A stretch of DNA of 64,000 nt, from IMG/VR virus record IMGVR_UViG_3300010354_000047, positions 32,001 to 96,000 of that record. One strand, 5' to 3'. This document shows positions 1-9,346 of the stretch, piece by piece. The position numbers and the translations under genes are program-made. Source of the stretch: a virus. The notes under the pieces were generated by a model. That model did not search any database. It was given only the letters and a program-made list of their open reading frames with translations, and was not told the origin of the DNA. Every line of letters begins with the position of its first letter. The stretch's first letter is position 1.

Positions 1-2154
1 TACGCCCCGAAGTGGCTTGATGAAGGCGCTACAAACAGCCTTCTCCAGTGTTACAATTTTCACGTGTACGAAGTCAGGAAGTACTTCGGGGACGACAAGG
101 TTCGACCCCTTGACCAAGGAGACAAGAAAGTTCGAGATATCTTTGTAGACGCTACTCACATCTCACAAATTACGGCGGTTCTGGAAAGCGCAGTAGATTA
201 CGCCATGAAGGACGCATTCTACACTGCGGAACTCTTTCAAGCCCTCTGGTTTAAGTATCTGGATAGCACACCTTCGATGGTCGGCCTCTGCGGTCACTAC
301 CACTTGAACGGAAGCGTAGTTCCTCTTGTGGATAACTGGGAGGAGTGGATCAAAGAGGCAGAAAGGGTTTATCACGGTATGAACGACGAGATGACAGAAC
401 TCTGCCGGAAACTCGTCTGGCAGACTTATGAATCCTGGAAAGAAGTCTTGGAGAGTTGTGAAGACAAAGAGGAGGGGCTGGAGAAGGCTAACCTTTGGTC
501 TCTAAAGGACCCCTGGACTAGTCAACTTAACTGGAACGTTAAGTCTCGAAAAGGTGTCTATGCCTGGATTCCTGAATGGATGCGTCCATTTATTCGCGAT
601 CCGAATCGTCACATCGGAGTTCGCTCCGAATTGGCGCATTTGCTCCTGAAGTTGAAGTACGAAGGGTCTCCGATTATTCTCACTTCCGATAAAGGTTGGT
701 GCTATCATGATGAGACTGGTGAGCTGGTGAAAATCCCTCACCCGAAGGGGAATGGCGCAAATGTTGGAGGAGTTTTGTCGAAAGACTTTGTTCAAGACAT
801 GGAAGTCGGTCGCCTCAGCAGCGACCTCCCTGAAGCCAAAAGAGCTCTTGACATCGCCAATGCAACAAGTTACTGGACCTCAGTGCGAAGCAGGGTAATG
901 AGTCGCATTTTCTTGAAGGTCAACAACCCGCAAGGAAGCGACGCTTTCGTAACTCTCCCCGAGATTCTTTGCCACGGGACCGTCACTCGTCGAACTGTAG
1001 AAAGTCTGATGGCAACTATGTGCTCTACAAAGTCTTGGCGAGTCGGCACCGAGCTCAAGACGAGAATCCAGGCCCCGGAAGGCTGGAAGATCGTTAGCGC
1101 GGACTACGACGGTCAAGAACTTCAGATTGCTTCGATCTACAGTGACCGGTGGGAAGGCGGTTTTGTTGGCTGTTCCCCGATGGGTTACAACGTTCTCTCC
1201 GGAGCAAAGGAGAACGGTACGGACCCGCACACAAGCCTCGCTCGGGCTATTCTCCCGGAGCTGTACAAGGGTCTTGTATGGGATAAAAAGCTCGGTGTTT
1301 GCTACTCCTCTACGGAGCGACCCCTCTCTGAAGAAGGCTGGGTCTTGTCAGCTGGAACATGGCTCAACCCTGTAGATAAGGACAGGGATAATCTCTTAAA
1401 GAAGGCTCGTGACCTTAGTAAGATTGTGGGTTTCGCAACCCTTTATGGGGGAAGCGTCCGAGCATTAAGCACACCGATTCGTCGAACTTTTCCTGAAAAG
1501 AACGCAAAAGAAGTCAAAGACTTCGCCTTAAGAGTTCTTTCTACAAAGAAAGGGGTTTTGAGCAACGGAATCTATGTCGATGGTTCTGACTCCGGGGCGT
1601 TCAACCTGATGGAAGAGATCTCGATGCGAACTAAAGTTCCCCAACTCCCTTGTCTTGGAACGAAGATCTCAACGGCGATGCGTCCGGCGGCAGTCGGTAC
1701 AGACTTCAAAACCGGGAGGACGAACTGGACGATTCAGGCCTCTGGGGCTGAAATCCTTTCAATCACCCTCACAGCTGTGGCCTGGTTGGCCCAGGAGTAC
1801 AAGATCCCTTACAGATTCATCATTAGCATCCATGACGAACTACACTTTATGACCCCTGAGAAGTATGCAGAGCAGTTCTCCGTCCTTTTTCAGATTGCCC
1901 ATCTTTACACTTGGGCTCGTTTTCAGAGTGCTGTAAGGATTCCGGAGTTGCCCCTGAGCCGAGCCTTCTTCTCCTCCGTTGCGATTGATGACCGCCTTCG
2001 CAAGTCCCCCAAGGAATGCACGGTAACTCCTTCAAACCCACAAGGTAAAACCGAACCAAACGGGGTAGAACACTCCATGCAAGATCTCAGCGAGATCGGT
2101 GCAATTGACCGTCTAAAAATTCGTTACAACGCTATTCAAAACAATCTGATTTAA
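1..2154 (+). CDS. Family A DNA polymerase, mitochondrial Pol-gamma-like (5' truncated by window edge)
   Basis: Frame is open from base 1 (YAPKWLDEGATNSL...). Motif A SADYDGQELQIA, motif B ARDLSKIVGFATLYGG and motif C ISIHDE are present. PolG-like blocks: GTVTRRTVE, RVGTELKTRIQAP, AFFSSVAIDDRLRK, CTVTPSNP. Confidence 0.92.
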   Translation, partial: YAPKWLDEGATNSLLQCYNFHVYEVRKYFGDDKVRPLDQGDKKVRDIFVDATHISQITAVLESAVDYAMKDAFYTAELFQALWFKYLDSTPSMVGLCGHYHLNGSVVPLVDNWEEWIKEAERVYHGMNDEMTELCRKLVWQTYESWKEVLESCEDKEEGLEKANLWSLKDPWTSQLNWNVKSRKGVYAWIPEWMRPFIRDPNRHIGVRSELAHLLLKLKYEGSPIILTSDKGWCYHDETGELVKIPHPKGNGANVGGVLSKDFVQDMEVGRLSSDLPEAKRALDIANATSYWTSVRSRVMSRIFLKVNNPQGSDAFVTLPEILCHGTVTRRTVESLMATMCSTKSWRVGTELKTRIQAPEGWKIVSADYDGQELQIASIYSDRWEGGFVGCSPMGYNVLSGAKENGTDPHTSLARAILPELYKGLVWDKKLGVCYSSTERPLSEEGWVLSAGTWLNPVDKDRDNLLKKARDLSKIVGFATLYGGSVRALSTPIRRTFPEKNAKEVKDFALRVLSTKKGVLSNGIYVDGSDSGAFNLMEEISMRTKVPQLPCLGTKISTAMRPAAVGTDFKTGRTNWTIQASGAEILSITLTAVAWLAQEYKIPYRFIISIHDELHFMTPEKYAEQFSVLFQIAHLYTWARFQSAVRIPELPLSRAFFSSVAIDDRLRKSPKECTVTPSNPQGKTEPNGVEHSMQDLSEIGAIDRLKIRYNAIQNNLI

Positions 2155-2158
2155 GAAC

Positions 2159-2356
2159 ATGAGAGTCACAAGAAAAGTTAAAAAGCCTCGGGTTCAAAGT
2201 GTAATCATCGAGGTTTGTAAGACGAAAGTTGGGGCGTATTGGTGGCCCATTCCTTTTGACAAAAAGGATCGCTTCATCCCCTCCTCTGTAGATTGTCTCT
2301 ACAGCCAAGAGTACTTCGAGAAAAAGGAGGCTGTTCAAATGATGCTATCTTTGTGA
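2159..2356 (+). CDS. hypothetical protein (65 aa)
   Basis: ORF tightly packed between neighbouring genes on the coding strand. Confidence 0.55.
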   Translation: MRVTRKVKKPRVQSVIIEVCKTKVGAYWWPIPFDKKDRFIPSSVDCLYSQEYFEKKEAVQMMLSL

Positions 2357-2360
2357 GCCC

Positions 2361-2810
2361 ATGGATGAAACATTGCAGTTCTTGCAAGAGAGGGACTACT
2401 TCCATTCTTGGATCGAGAGTGAGAATACGACGGCAGAAGATCTCGAACGGTATGCGCAAACTGGAAAAGTCCCAGTAAAAAAGAGCACAAAACCACGAGA
2501 TTTCAACCTTCCTCCTCCTGGAACTTTCTTTGAGGGGAGCATATGGTTTCACCCTGTTTCCTATCAGAAGTTTGTGTACAAAGGAGGAGCTTGGGAGGCT
2601 GAACCAATCTCATTTTCCTCTGAAGACGTCCGCTTGGCGGCCAAAGAGAAAGGGATCCATTCCTATTACAACTCTGTGACTCACCAATTTGTCTTCTCTA
2701 ACTTTCTAAGGGGGGAGTCTTTAACTGTTCCTCTTGAAGTTATAAAGGATTTGAAACACCGAAGTGATCTTGACGATTTCCTTTCTAGCCTGTTTTCGAG
2801 TGAAATATGA
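2361..2810 (+). CDS. hypothetical protein
   Basis: 149-aa ORF whose stop overlaps the next start (ATGA). Confidence 0.7.
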   Translation: MDETLQFLQERDYFHSWIESENTTAEDLERYAQTGKVPVKKSTKPRDFNLPPPGTFFEGSIWFHPVSYQKFVYKGGAWEAEPISFSSEDVRLAAKEKGIHSYYNSVTHQFVFSNFLRGESLTVPLEVIKDLKHRSDLDDFLSSLFSSEI

Positions 2811-3064
2811 ACTGTTCAAAGTCCAACCCTCTTTCTTGGAGGTTTTGCCCGAGCTGCAAAGTTAGCCTGGTGTCGGCCGAGATGTCTGAAGCGCTTAAGC
2901 ACACTTGTGAACCCGGTGCATTTCACTCCCGTTTACTTGGGGGAAGGGACCCTGACACTGGAACCATCGAGTACTGGAAGTGCCCAGACTGCTCTGAAGT
3001 TTTTTCTACGCTCGACAAACCAGTTGTCCACACCCTTTCCGACGTCTTTCTCCCGAACTCTTAA
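2807..3064 (+). CDS. small zinc-ribbon protein
   Basis: FCPSC ... WKCPDC cysteine pairs. Confidence 0.7.
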   Translation: MNCSKSNPLSWRFCPSCKVSLVSAEMSEALKHTCEPGAFHSRLLGGRDPDTGTIEYWKCPDCSEVFSTLDKPVVHTLSDVFLPNS

Positions 3065-3095
3065 AAGTTCTTCAGACGCAATTAGACTTAAGTGA

Positions 3096-3314
3096 GTGAA
3101 AATGCCATTCCCACTCCCTCTTGATCCCACTTTTCGCAAGGAAGTTATCGAGTCCTGGTTGCAGGATGTCGAGGACCGAATTGAAATGGGGGACCTTGAG
3201 GGAGCAAAAGTAAGCTGGCATTTCGCCCAGGGTATCTACATATCCCTTCCCCCAGGTTTCGGTGACGGGGAAATCGAGTCAAAGCTTATGGAGCTAAGGG
3301 TAAAGTTTGAGTAG
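3096..3314 (+). CDS. hypothetical protein
   Basis: 72-aa ORF in the operon. Confidence 0.6.
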   Translation: MKMPFPLPLDPTFRKEVIESWLQDVEDRIEMGDLEGAKVSWHFAQGIYISLPPGFGDGEIESKLMELRVKFE

Positions 3315-3333
3315 CATTGCTACTACGAAAACT

Positions 3334-3660
3334 ATGCGTTCAGTGACAACTACCGAAAGCTCCGCTGACAACTCAGGAGCAAAACCAAGCAACTTGAAAA
3401 CTTTTACTGCGACTCTCTCTGATGGTCGAGAGATTACCATTCGTGAGATGACTGGCCGAGACTTAATCTACATGGAAGAAGAGCTCGGAAAGTACGGTGA
3501 TACGCGTCAGAGTTTTTACCTCGTTGAACGGCTAAATGTTGGCCCGGACAAGATTACATTTGATGAAATCGCAGACATGACCGCTAAGGACTTGAAGATC
3601 ATTTCCGATTTGGTCAAGAAAGCCAATGATGGAGAAGAGGACGAGAATAACCCAAAATAA
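3334..3660 (+). CDS. tail assembly chaperone (lambda gpG / Mu gp41-like), short form
   Basis: LSDGREITIREMTGRDL ... ITFDEIADMTAKDL is a typical myophage chaperone pattern. It ends in slippery C CCA AAA immediately before TAA. ATG 3334 lies 36 nt after a GGGTAAA motif. Confidence 0.75.
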   Translation: MRSVTTTESSADNSGAKPSNLKTFTATLSDGREITIREMTGRDLIYMEEELGKYGDTRQSFYLVERLNVGPDKITFDEIADMTAKDLKIISDLVKKANDGEEDENNPK

Positions 3661-4076
3661 CGGCTCAGGACCTTGAAGACTTTTCTTACCTAGTTACGGT
3701 GGGTGGGTCAATTTCGGTCCACCTTAGGGAGGTGAAGCCAAAGGACTTCTTCTTCTACAGAGTTCTAGAAGATCGCAAGGAATCCACTCTGAAACTGATG
3801 ATTCGGTTGATTCAAAACCAAGAGGTGTTGGACCAGCTAACCTCTAGTCAGTTTCGAGATCTTGCGAATTGGATAGCCGATAATCTTCTCAACGAGAGCG
3901 TAATGTCTCCTGAAAACTGGATGGAAGTCGCTTTCCATCTTAATAAACAGAGATGGGACTCCGCAATCGACTGGTTAGAGAATCAACCCATGAGCAAGAT
4001 TAAGTTGATGATGGAAATCAACAAAAAGACCGCTGAAGACACCCAAAAGGAAATGAAGTCTCGAAGGAGGAAGTGA
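3657..4076 (+). CDS. tail assembly chaperone -1 frameshift extension (gpGT-like)
   Basis: The -1 frame is open from 3657 (ITAQDLEDFSYLVTVGG...) straight into the listed 3699-4076 ORF. Confidence 0.65.
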   Translation: MTAQDLEDFSYLVTVGGSISVHLREVKPKDFFFYRVLEDRKESTLKLMIRLIQNQEVLDQLTSSQFRDLANWIADNLLNESVMSPENWMEVAFHLNKQRWDSAIDWLENQPMSKIKLMMEINKKTAEDTQKEMKSRRRK

Positions 4077-4486
4077 TGTTTAAATTCAAAGTCAAAACCA
4101 ACTTCGGGGTAAAACCGTTCAACCTAAACTGGTGGGAGCCTACCAAAACAGAATGGGCACCTGTTCTACTCGATAGTAATCGCCCATACTGGAAAAACCA
4201 AACGGAAGCTGATGGCCGGGCATGGAAACCTTTAAGTGCAAAATACCGAGCCTGGAAGAATGGTAGATATGGCCCTCTCCCAATCCTTCGCATATCTGGA
4301 AGGATGCAAGATACTGCGAAAGTTCGAGCGGACTTACGCAACGATCGCTTCTACGTAGAAACTACAAAGGTAGGCCCTTACCACCAATTCGGAACGAGTA
4401 AAATGGCCGCCAGACCCTGGATGGGAGTTCCAGACTCCTCCCTTTCAAAACTCGCATCTATAGCTTGGAAAAACATTCTAAAGTAA
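4073..4486 (+). CDS. virion morphogenesis / tail completion protein (Mu gpG, P2 gpS-like)
   Basis: DGRAWKPLS...ILRISGRMQ...YHQFGTSKMAARPWMG motifs. Confidence 0.85.
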   Translation: MMFKFKVKTNFGVKPFNLNWWEPTKTEWAPVLLDSNRPYWKNQTEADGRAWKPLSAKYRAWKNGRYGPLPILRISGRMQDTAKVRADLRNDRFYVETTKVGPYHQFGTSKMAARPWMGVPDSSLSKLASIAWKNILK

Positions 4487-4487
4487 C

Positions 4488-4967
4488 ATGGCAAAACGCA
4501 AATCACAAGAAAACGACCCTCAGTTTGAAGAGGGAGTAGAAGGTATGACTCCTTCCTTCGAGTCCCCTGACGAGGACCCAGCCGCCGAGGCCACCCTTGA
4601 GGCTCCTGCAGAACTCCCTGAGGAGGGTTTCTCCACCGTGGCCACCCCTGAGGTCGCCGCCACCGGAACCGAACCAGAGGCTCCAGAGGTCCCTGCAGAG
4701 GATCCTCATGCCCCGGTCACAGGGGAGCTTCATGTTCCCACAACGGCAGGAGTGAAGGATCCTCAGTCAAAAGAAGAAATTGGGGCGGCTATTCAAGAAA
4801 AACTTTTGAACCGTGATACAAGTGGGGAACCTGGATCTGAAGTCAATCTTCAGCAACTGCGAAATGAAGTTAAGCAAGTTGCTGAAAAGCTAGGATTCCC
4901 CTTGTCTCGCGGAACCGAGGCTGGTGCAGCCCTTATGGCTCGTGCCCGTAAAAGAAACGCCCGGTAA
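4488..4967 (+). CDS. hypothetical acidic, Pro/Glu-rich protein
   Basis: 159-aa ORF with TAATG coupling to the next gene. Confidence 0.7.
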   Translation: MAKRKSQENDPQFEEGVEGMTPSFESPDEDPAAEATLEAPAELPEEGFSTVATPEVAATGTEPEAPEVPAEDPHAPVTGELHVPTTAGVKDPQSKEEIGAAIQEKLLNRDTSGEPGSEVNLQQLRNEVKQVAEKLGFPLSRGTEAGAALMARARKRNAR

Positions 4968-5329
4968 TGAACACTTTAGTCTTTCAACCCGGAATGACTT
5001 GGAGGAAGCTCGGTTATGGGCTTTACTCCGACTCCATGGCTTATCGGGAAGTTTTGGACCAGAACCCTAAATGGAGCGTCACAGAACTTCCCCCAGTTGG
5101 TACTGTTCTCTCTTCTCAAACGACTCCTTCTCTTTCAGGAATCTCTCAACAATCTTCGGTGTTTGGAAGGCCTACCGGACTTTCCTCTCTTGAGTACTAT
5201 CCGTTTGAAAGTGAGGGAAGCTACTACTCGGCACTTTCAAGGTATAGTCGAAATTCTTTGGCAGAAGTTGAAAGATTAAACGGCTGGACAATGGATAGTT
5301 CAGCTGCTTCCGGAGTGAATGAGGGGTAA
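4967..5329 (+). CDS. tail protein X / LysM-like baseplate protein
   Basis: GMTWRKLGYGLYSDSMAYREVLDQNP...LPPVGTVL resembles the P2 gpX/LysM pattern. Confidence 0.65.
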   Translation: MNTLVFQPGMTWRKLGYGLYSDSMAYREVLDQNPKWSVTELPPVGTVLSSQTTPSLSGISQQSSVFGRPTGLSSLEYYPFESEGSYYSALSRYSRNSLAEVERLNGWTMDSSAASGVNEG

Positions 5330-5330
5330 A
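5324..5330 (+). promoter_or_regulatory. putative late promoter GGGTAAA upstream of sheath
   Basis: One of at least 18 copies found upstream of gene starts. Confidence 0.6.
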
Positions 5331-5428
5331 ACTTCCTTGCAAACACCTAAACCTTTGGCCCACGGGCACCACCGTCGGAGTTATCCTCGCCGGCACAAAG
5401 GTAAGGAAAAGGAGGAATTTTACCCCAA

Positions 5429-8400
5429 ATGGCAACTTTTTCATTCGGTACCGGAGTAGTCCCTGGAGCTCCTGGAACCTACATCAACGAAGTATCAGGC
5501 AATGTCTCCCTGGCAGGCATCGCCTCTTTTAACACAACCTACCTTCTTGTTGAAACTGAGGAAGACGTTCCAACTACGCGTTTTCCCTTCAATCGTCCTG
5601 TCCCCGTATCTTCCCTCGCAGACTATAAGGTTCTCGTTGGAGGAGTTCCTGAGTCTAGAATTCCCCTTCTGAGTTACAACTGCGTTAGCTCTTTCTTCTC
5701 GAATGCACAAGTCGGAGACCTTCGTGTTGTTCGCGTTGGCACTCCAAACCAGATTGTTGAAATCGAAATTATCCCTTCTGGTACCAAGTTCAACAACACG
5801 GGACTCCCCTCTTCTCTACAAGCTGGGGACATAGTTCATGTACAGTTGCTCCTCAACAACCTGAAACTCGTTTCAGGCGACGGAACCACTGGTTACACCG
5901 ATGATGGAGAATGGCTCGGAGTTCCTGTCACAATTCCCGTAGACTATATCTCGGGTGATGAAGTCAACAATCGTAAGATCTCCGCAGCGATTATTCAAGC
6001 GATCGCCACTGCAATCGAGACCAACCCGAGCGTCGCGAGTTCCGTTTATGTTCGAAGCTTTGGTCTTGTAAACGATCTGGACCCGACTTCAAACTCTCAG
6101 AACGGATACATCACTCTAGCCGCTACGACTTACGACGGAAACATTTCTGTCCTCCCTCAGCAACAAGAAGTCGGTGGCGCATACATCCTGATGCAAAATG
6201 CTTACGATATTGAGAATATCGTGGGTCTTTCAAACAATTTGGAAAGAGTCCCTCAGGACTACATCCAGTGCATCGATACTGCTTTTGATGGGCAAGTAAA
6301 CCAAGGGTACTTGATCGCACCAACCGCTTACGCCCAGTTTGACGCGGAAGGCAGAGAAAAGGTGGGTGCCGCTGCTGCTGCTCATTGTCAAAGCCCTGAC
6401 TTCAAATGGCTAGCTCTTGCAGATCCTGGCCCTTTCCTCGTCACAGACTTGAACAAGTACAAGGAATACACTCCTCACGAGCCTGCTGAAGATCTTGTAA
6501 CTGGTACCAAGTATTTGGTAGACAATGCCATCTACGAATGGACAGGAACTAGCGTTAATTACGACCGTCTAAAGCATCAGGGTCTTGTTCCTGGTTACGA
6601 TTCACAAGTTGCTGTTGAAACCTCTGTGGAAGCTGTAGCAGCAGACGAAAAAGTCGGACTTATTGACCTTGCCTCCTACGTTGTAAACTCGAACTCGCCA
6701 TTCGCAGAATTGGGTGTTTTCAATCTCGATTCTAATGTGACTTGGCCTGTTGACTACCAGATTCAGGAAGTTACCTTGAGTGCTAAGGGGGCTGATTTTT
6801 CTTCCTTCCCCGACACTGTATACTTTGTCGCTCCTCCGTACGACTCGGCTGTTTACGGCCCTTATCCTTCGGATGGAACCGACCAGTACGTATATATCGC
6901 TGAAACTGCTTCAGAAGCCGTTGCGATTCTGACCGAAGTTACAGCTCTTGGAGGAACTGCGAAAGCAATCGGAACCTCTACTCTTCCGACTGGGGCTCTC
7001 GATGTTGCCGCTCCTACAGGAAGTACGGCATCCGCGACTTACGTCACTCCACAATGGAATCTCCCTGTTGAGATCGAAGGTCAGTCCTCGAACCTGATTC
7101 GTAATCTCACTGGCGCTTCTGCCTACGTGAATACTCTTCACCTTCCTGGAACCCTTCAGGATCCAACGAACGAATATCGCTTGTCTTTTGTCAGCCGAAC
7201 TCTGTTTGATCCCTCCGTTGTTCTTTCCTCGAGCACAGAACCAGGATTCACAGGTGCGGCAGAATTTGCTGTAGTATCCCACAACTTGGTCGACGGGCAA
7301 AGAATCTTTTTCACTCAACCAATCAGTGGCAATGGGACAGCAATCTTTAAGGCAACTTCAAAGACCAACATTCAACCTTACTTTGTGAAGGTTATCAACA
7401 ACGATGCTTTCGTTCTCGCCACCTCAAGTTCGAATTATCTCTCCGGATCTTTCATTCCTTATCCGACTGGGATGGTTAGTATCTCCACTACACCAACTAT
7501 CCTATACAGCGCCATCAGCGGCGGAAACCTCACCTCGATCAATCTTTCTGAGTTGGGCACTGTTCCGTTCATTCGAGGAAGAAAATACGGAATGGCTACT
7601 GGAACTATTGCGAATGAAGCTGCTTCCTCAACTTCCTTCTCACCGAGTTCCGGAAACCCTGACATCTCGATCTACCTGAATTCAAGTTCTCTTGTTCTCG
7701 GTAAGGAAAGAATCTTCCCCTACGGAGAGACCACCCAGGCTAACTGGTTGCCCAAACTGGACTTGGTGAACCCAGGTTCAACAACTACGTCCGTTGAGAA
7801 CTTCCTTTGCACTCCAACCGTTAATCAGAGCTTTAGCACTGAGGCATACTTGGTTCCTGCAATCGAAGCCATCGATGGGGGTGAATACGATCCAACAGCG
7901 GGAACAGCAGGTGAGGTTATGAATCTGACCTCTTACACAACTGCGGTTGGACTTTCCGACCCAGAGGATAGCGCAAACGTTCAAGGTTATGTCACTGCAG
8001 GTCTCCTTACTGGAGTCTATTTTACCGTTGTTAACGGTTCGGGTTTTGCTCCGGATGGCACAACGGCTGTAGCAGAGGACGACAGAATTGCAGTTGTTAA
8101 CACGGGTTCAACGTTTGAATGGGTTGTTATTCCTCCCGCTGCTTCTGGTGGTGACATGAGCTCCGTTGCTCAAGTCTGCTATGGTTCCCAAGTCGAACTG
8201 ACTCTCACACAAGAGCAGACTCCCCCTGACAACCTCTGGAGATTCGAGACGATCACTTCTACCGAAATCATCGATGACGCACTTCGCGGAGTCGGATTCG
8301 GCGGAGAACCCCAAGCTAAGTTCATCGAAGCTGGTGTTGACAATGTGAACCGCCTCTACGAGGATAGCCAGCGCTACTTCAACGGATTCGGCTTCATTGC

Positions 8401-9064
8401 TTTCTACGGTCCTTACGTAGAGAATGCGTCAGGGCAGTTCATTCCTCCTTCCCCTTACGTGACTGGTGTTGCCACTCGCAGATATCGCGCAGAAGGCTTC
8501 CAGTTCCCACCGGCTGGAACGAAGTACCAACTCTCAGACGCTGTTGGAGTTCAAATCGGAATCAATTCCGCTCAGCAAAACCTGCTAAACCCGGACGGCT
8601 GCAACGCAGTGCGTTCCCTGCCCGGTTACCCAACCACGGCAGTGTTCATCTGGGGTGGTCGTACTCGGATCAACAAGGCAGTTGCAGAGCAAAGGAAGTT
8701 CCAATTTGTCAACACTCGCGTCATTCAGAACGTCGTATACGGTTCTCTGAGAAACGCTTTTGACAATCAGATCTTCTCTGTTGTCGACGGATTCGGAGTT
8801 GTCTTCAACCAGATCACTTCAATCGGTAACAGCGTTCTTAGCCAGCTTTATCTCGCGGGCGCTTTGTTCGGTCGTAGACCTTCAGATGCCTTCCAGATTA
8901 TCTGCGATGACCGAATCAACCAACCTGAGAACCTTGAGAACGGAATTGTTTACGTCAAAGTCTTTGACACTCCAGTTCCGACGCTTGAGCGTATCGAAGT
9001 TGACCTGATTCGTGTTTCGATTGGTCAAATGAACAAGGAGCTTGAGTCGCAAGGACTTAGCTGA
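5429..9064 (+). CDS. contractile tail sheath protein with large internal insertion
   Basis: N-terminal PGAPGTYINE. C-terminal sheath motifs AFYGPY..PPSPYVTG, FPPAG, QNLLNPDGCNAVR, IWGGRT, FVNTR, AFQIICDDRIN, PVPTLERI. Confidence 0.92.
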   Translation: MATFSFGTGVVPGAPGTYINEVSGNVSLAGIASFNTTYLLVETEEDVPTTRFPFNRPVPVSSLADYKVLVGGVPESRIPLLSYNCVSSFFSNAQVGDLRVVRVGTPNQIVEIEIIPSGTKFNNTGLPSSLQAGDIVHVQLLLNNLKLVSGDGTTGYTDDGEWLGVPVTIPVDYISGDEVNNRKISAAIIQAIATAIETNPSVASSVYVRSFGLVNDLDPTSNSQNGYITLAATTYDGNISVLPQQQEVGGAYILMQNAYDIENIVGLSNNLERVPQDYIQCIDTAFDGQVNQGYLIAPTAYAQFDAEGREKVGAAAAAHCQSPDFKWLALADPGPFLVTDLNKYKEYTPHEPAEDLVTGTKYLVDNAIYEWTGTSVNYDRLKHQGLVPGYDSQVAVETSVEAVAADEKVGLIDLASYVVNSNSPFAELGVFNLDSNVTWPVDYQIQEVTLSAKGADFSSFPDTVYFVAPPYDSAVYGPYPSDGTDQYVYIAETASEAVAILTEVTALGGTAKAIGTSTLPTGALDVAAPTGSTASATYVTPQWNLPVEIEGQSSNLIRNLTGASAYVNTLHLPGTLQDPTNEYRLSFVSRTLFDPSVVLSSSTEPGFTGAAEFAVVSHNLVDGQRIFFTQPISGNGTAIFKATSKTNIQPYFVKVINNDAFVLATSSSNYLSGSFIPYPTGMVSISTTPTILYSAISGGNLTSINLSELGTVPFIRGRKYGMATGTIANEAASSTSFSPSSGNPDISIYLNSSSLVLGKERIFPYGETTQANWLPKLDLVNPGSTTTSVENFLCTPTVNQSFSTEAYLVPAIEAIDGGEYDPTAGTAGEVMNLTSYTTAVGLSDPEDSANVQGYVTAGLLTGVYFTVVNGSGFAPDGTTAVAEDDRIAVVNTGSTFEWVVIPPAASGGDMSSVAQVCYGSQVELTLTQEQTPPDNLWRFETITSTEIIDDALRGVGFGGEPQAKFIEAGVDNVNRLYEDSQRYFNGFGFIAFYGPYVENASGQFIPPSPYVTGVATRRYRAEGFQFPPAGTKYQLSDAVGVQIGINSAQQNLLNPDGCNAVRSLPGYPTTAVFIWGGRTRINKAVAEQRKFQFVNTRVIQNVVYGSLRNAFDNQIFSVVDGFGVVFNQITSIGNSVLSQLYLAGALFGRRPSDAFQIICDDRINQPENLENGIVYVKVFDTPVPTLERIEVDLIRVSIGQMNKELESQGLS

Positions 9065-9076
9065 ATAAGGTGAATC

Positions 9077-9346
9077 ATGACAACCGAGATCAAACTACTT
9101 CTCCCTAACTCCCTCGTCGAGTCTTTGGCTCAAAAGGCGAAAAACCAGGGCGTCTCTCTCGAGGCGCTCTGCGCTTCCCTTCTTGAAGAAAAGAATGCTT
9201 TAACGGACCCGACAATTTATTCATCTTTAAGCAATCAAGATATAAAGCTCGAGATGAAAAAGATAATGAGCAGCGACTTAGGTAAAGAAGAGAAGAATCG
9301 ACGCATCAAAATTCTCGAACACCAAGTTTTACGGTTTATTCGATGA
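9077..9346 (+). CDS. putative ribbon-helix-helix DNA-binding protein
   Basis: IKLLLPNSLVESLAQKAKNQGVSLEALCASLL matches the RHH/CopG pattern. Confidence 0.55.
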   Translation: MTTEIKLLLPNSLVESLAQKAKNQGVSLEALCASLLEEKNALTDPTIYSSLSNQDIKLEMKKIMSSDLGKEEKNRRIKILEHQVLRFIR

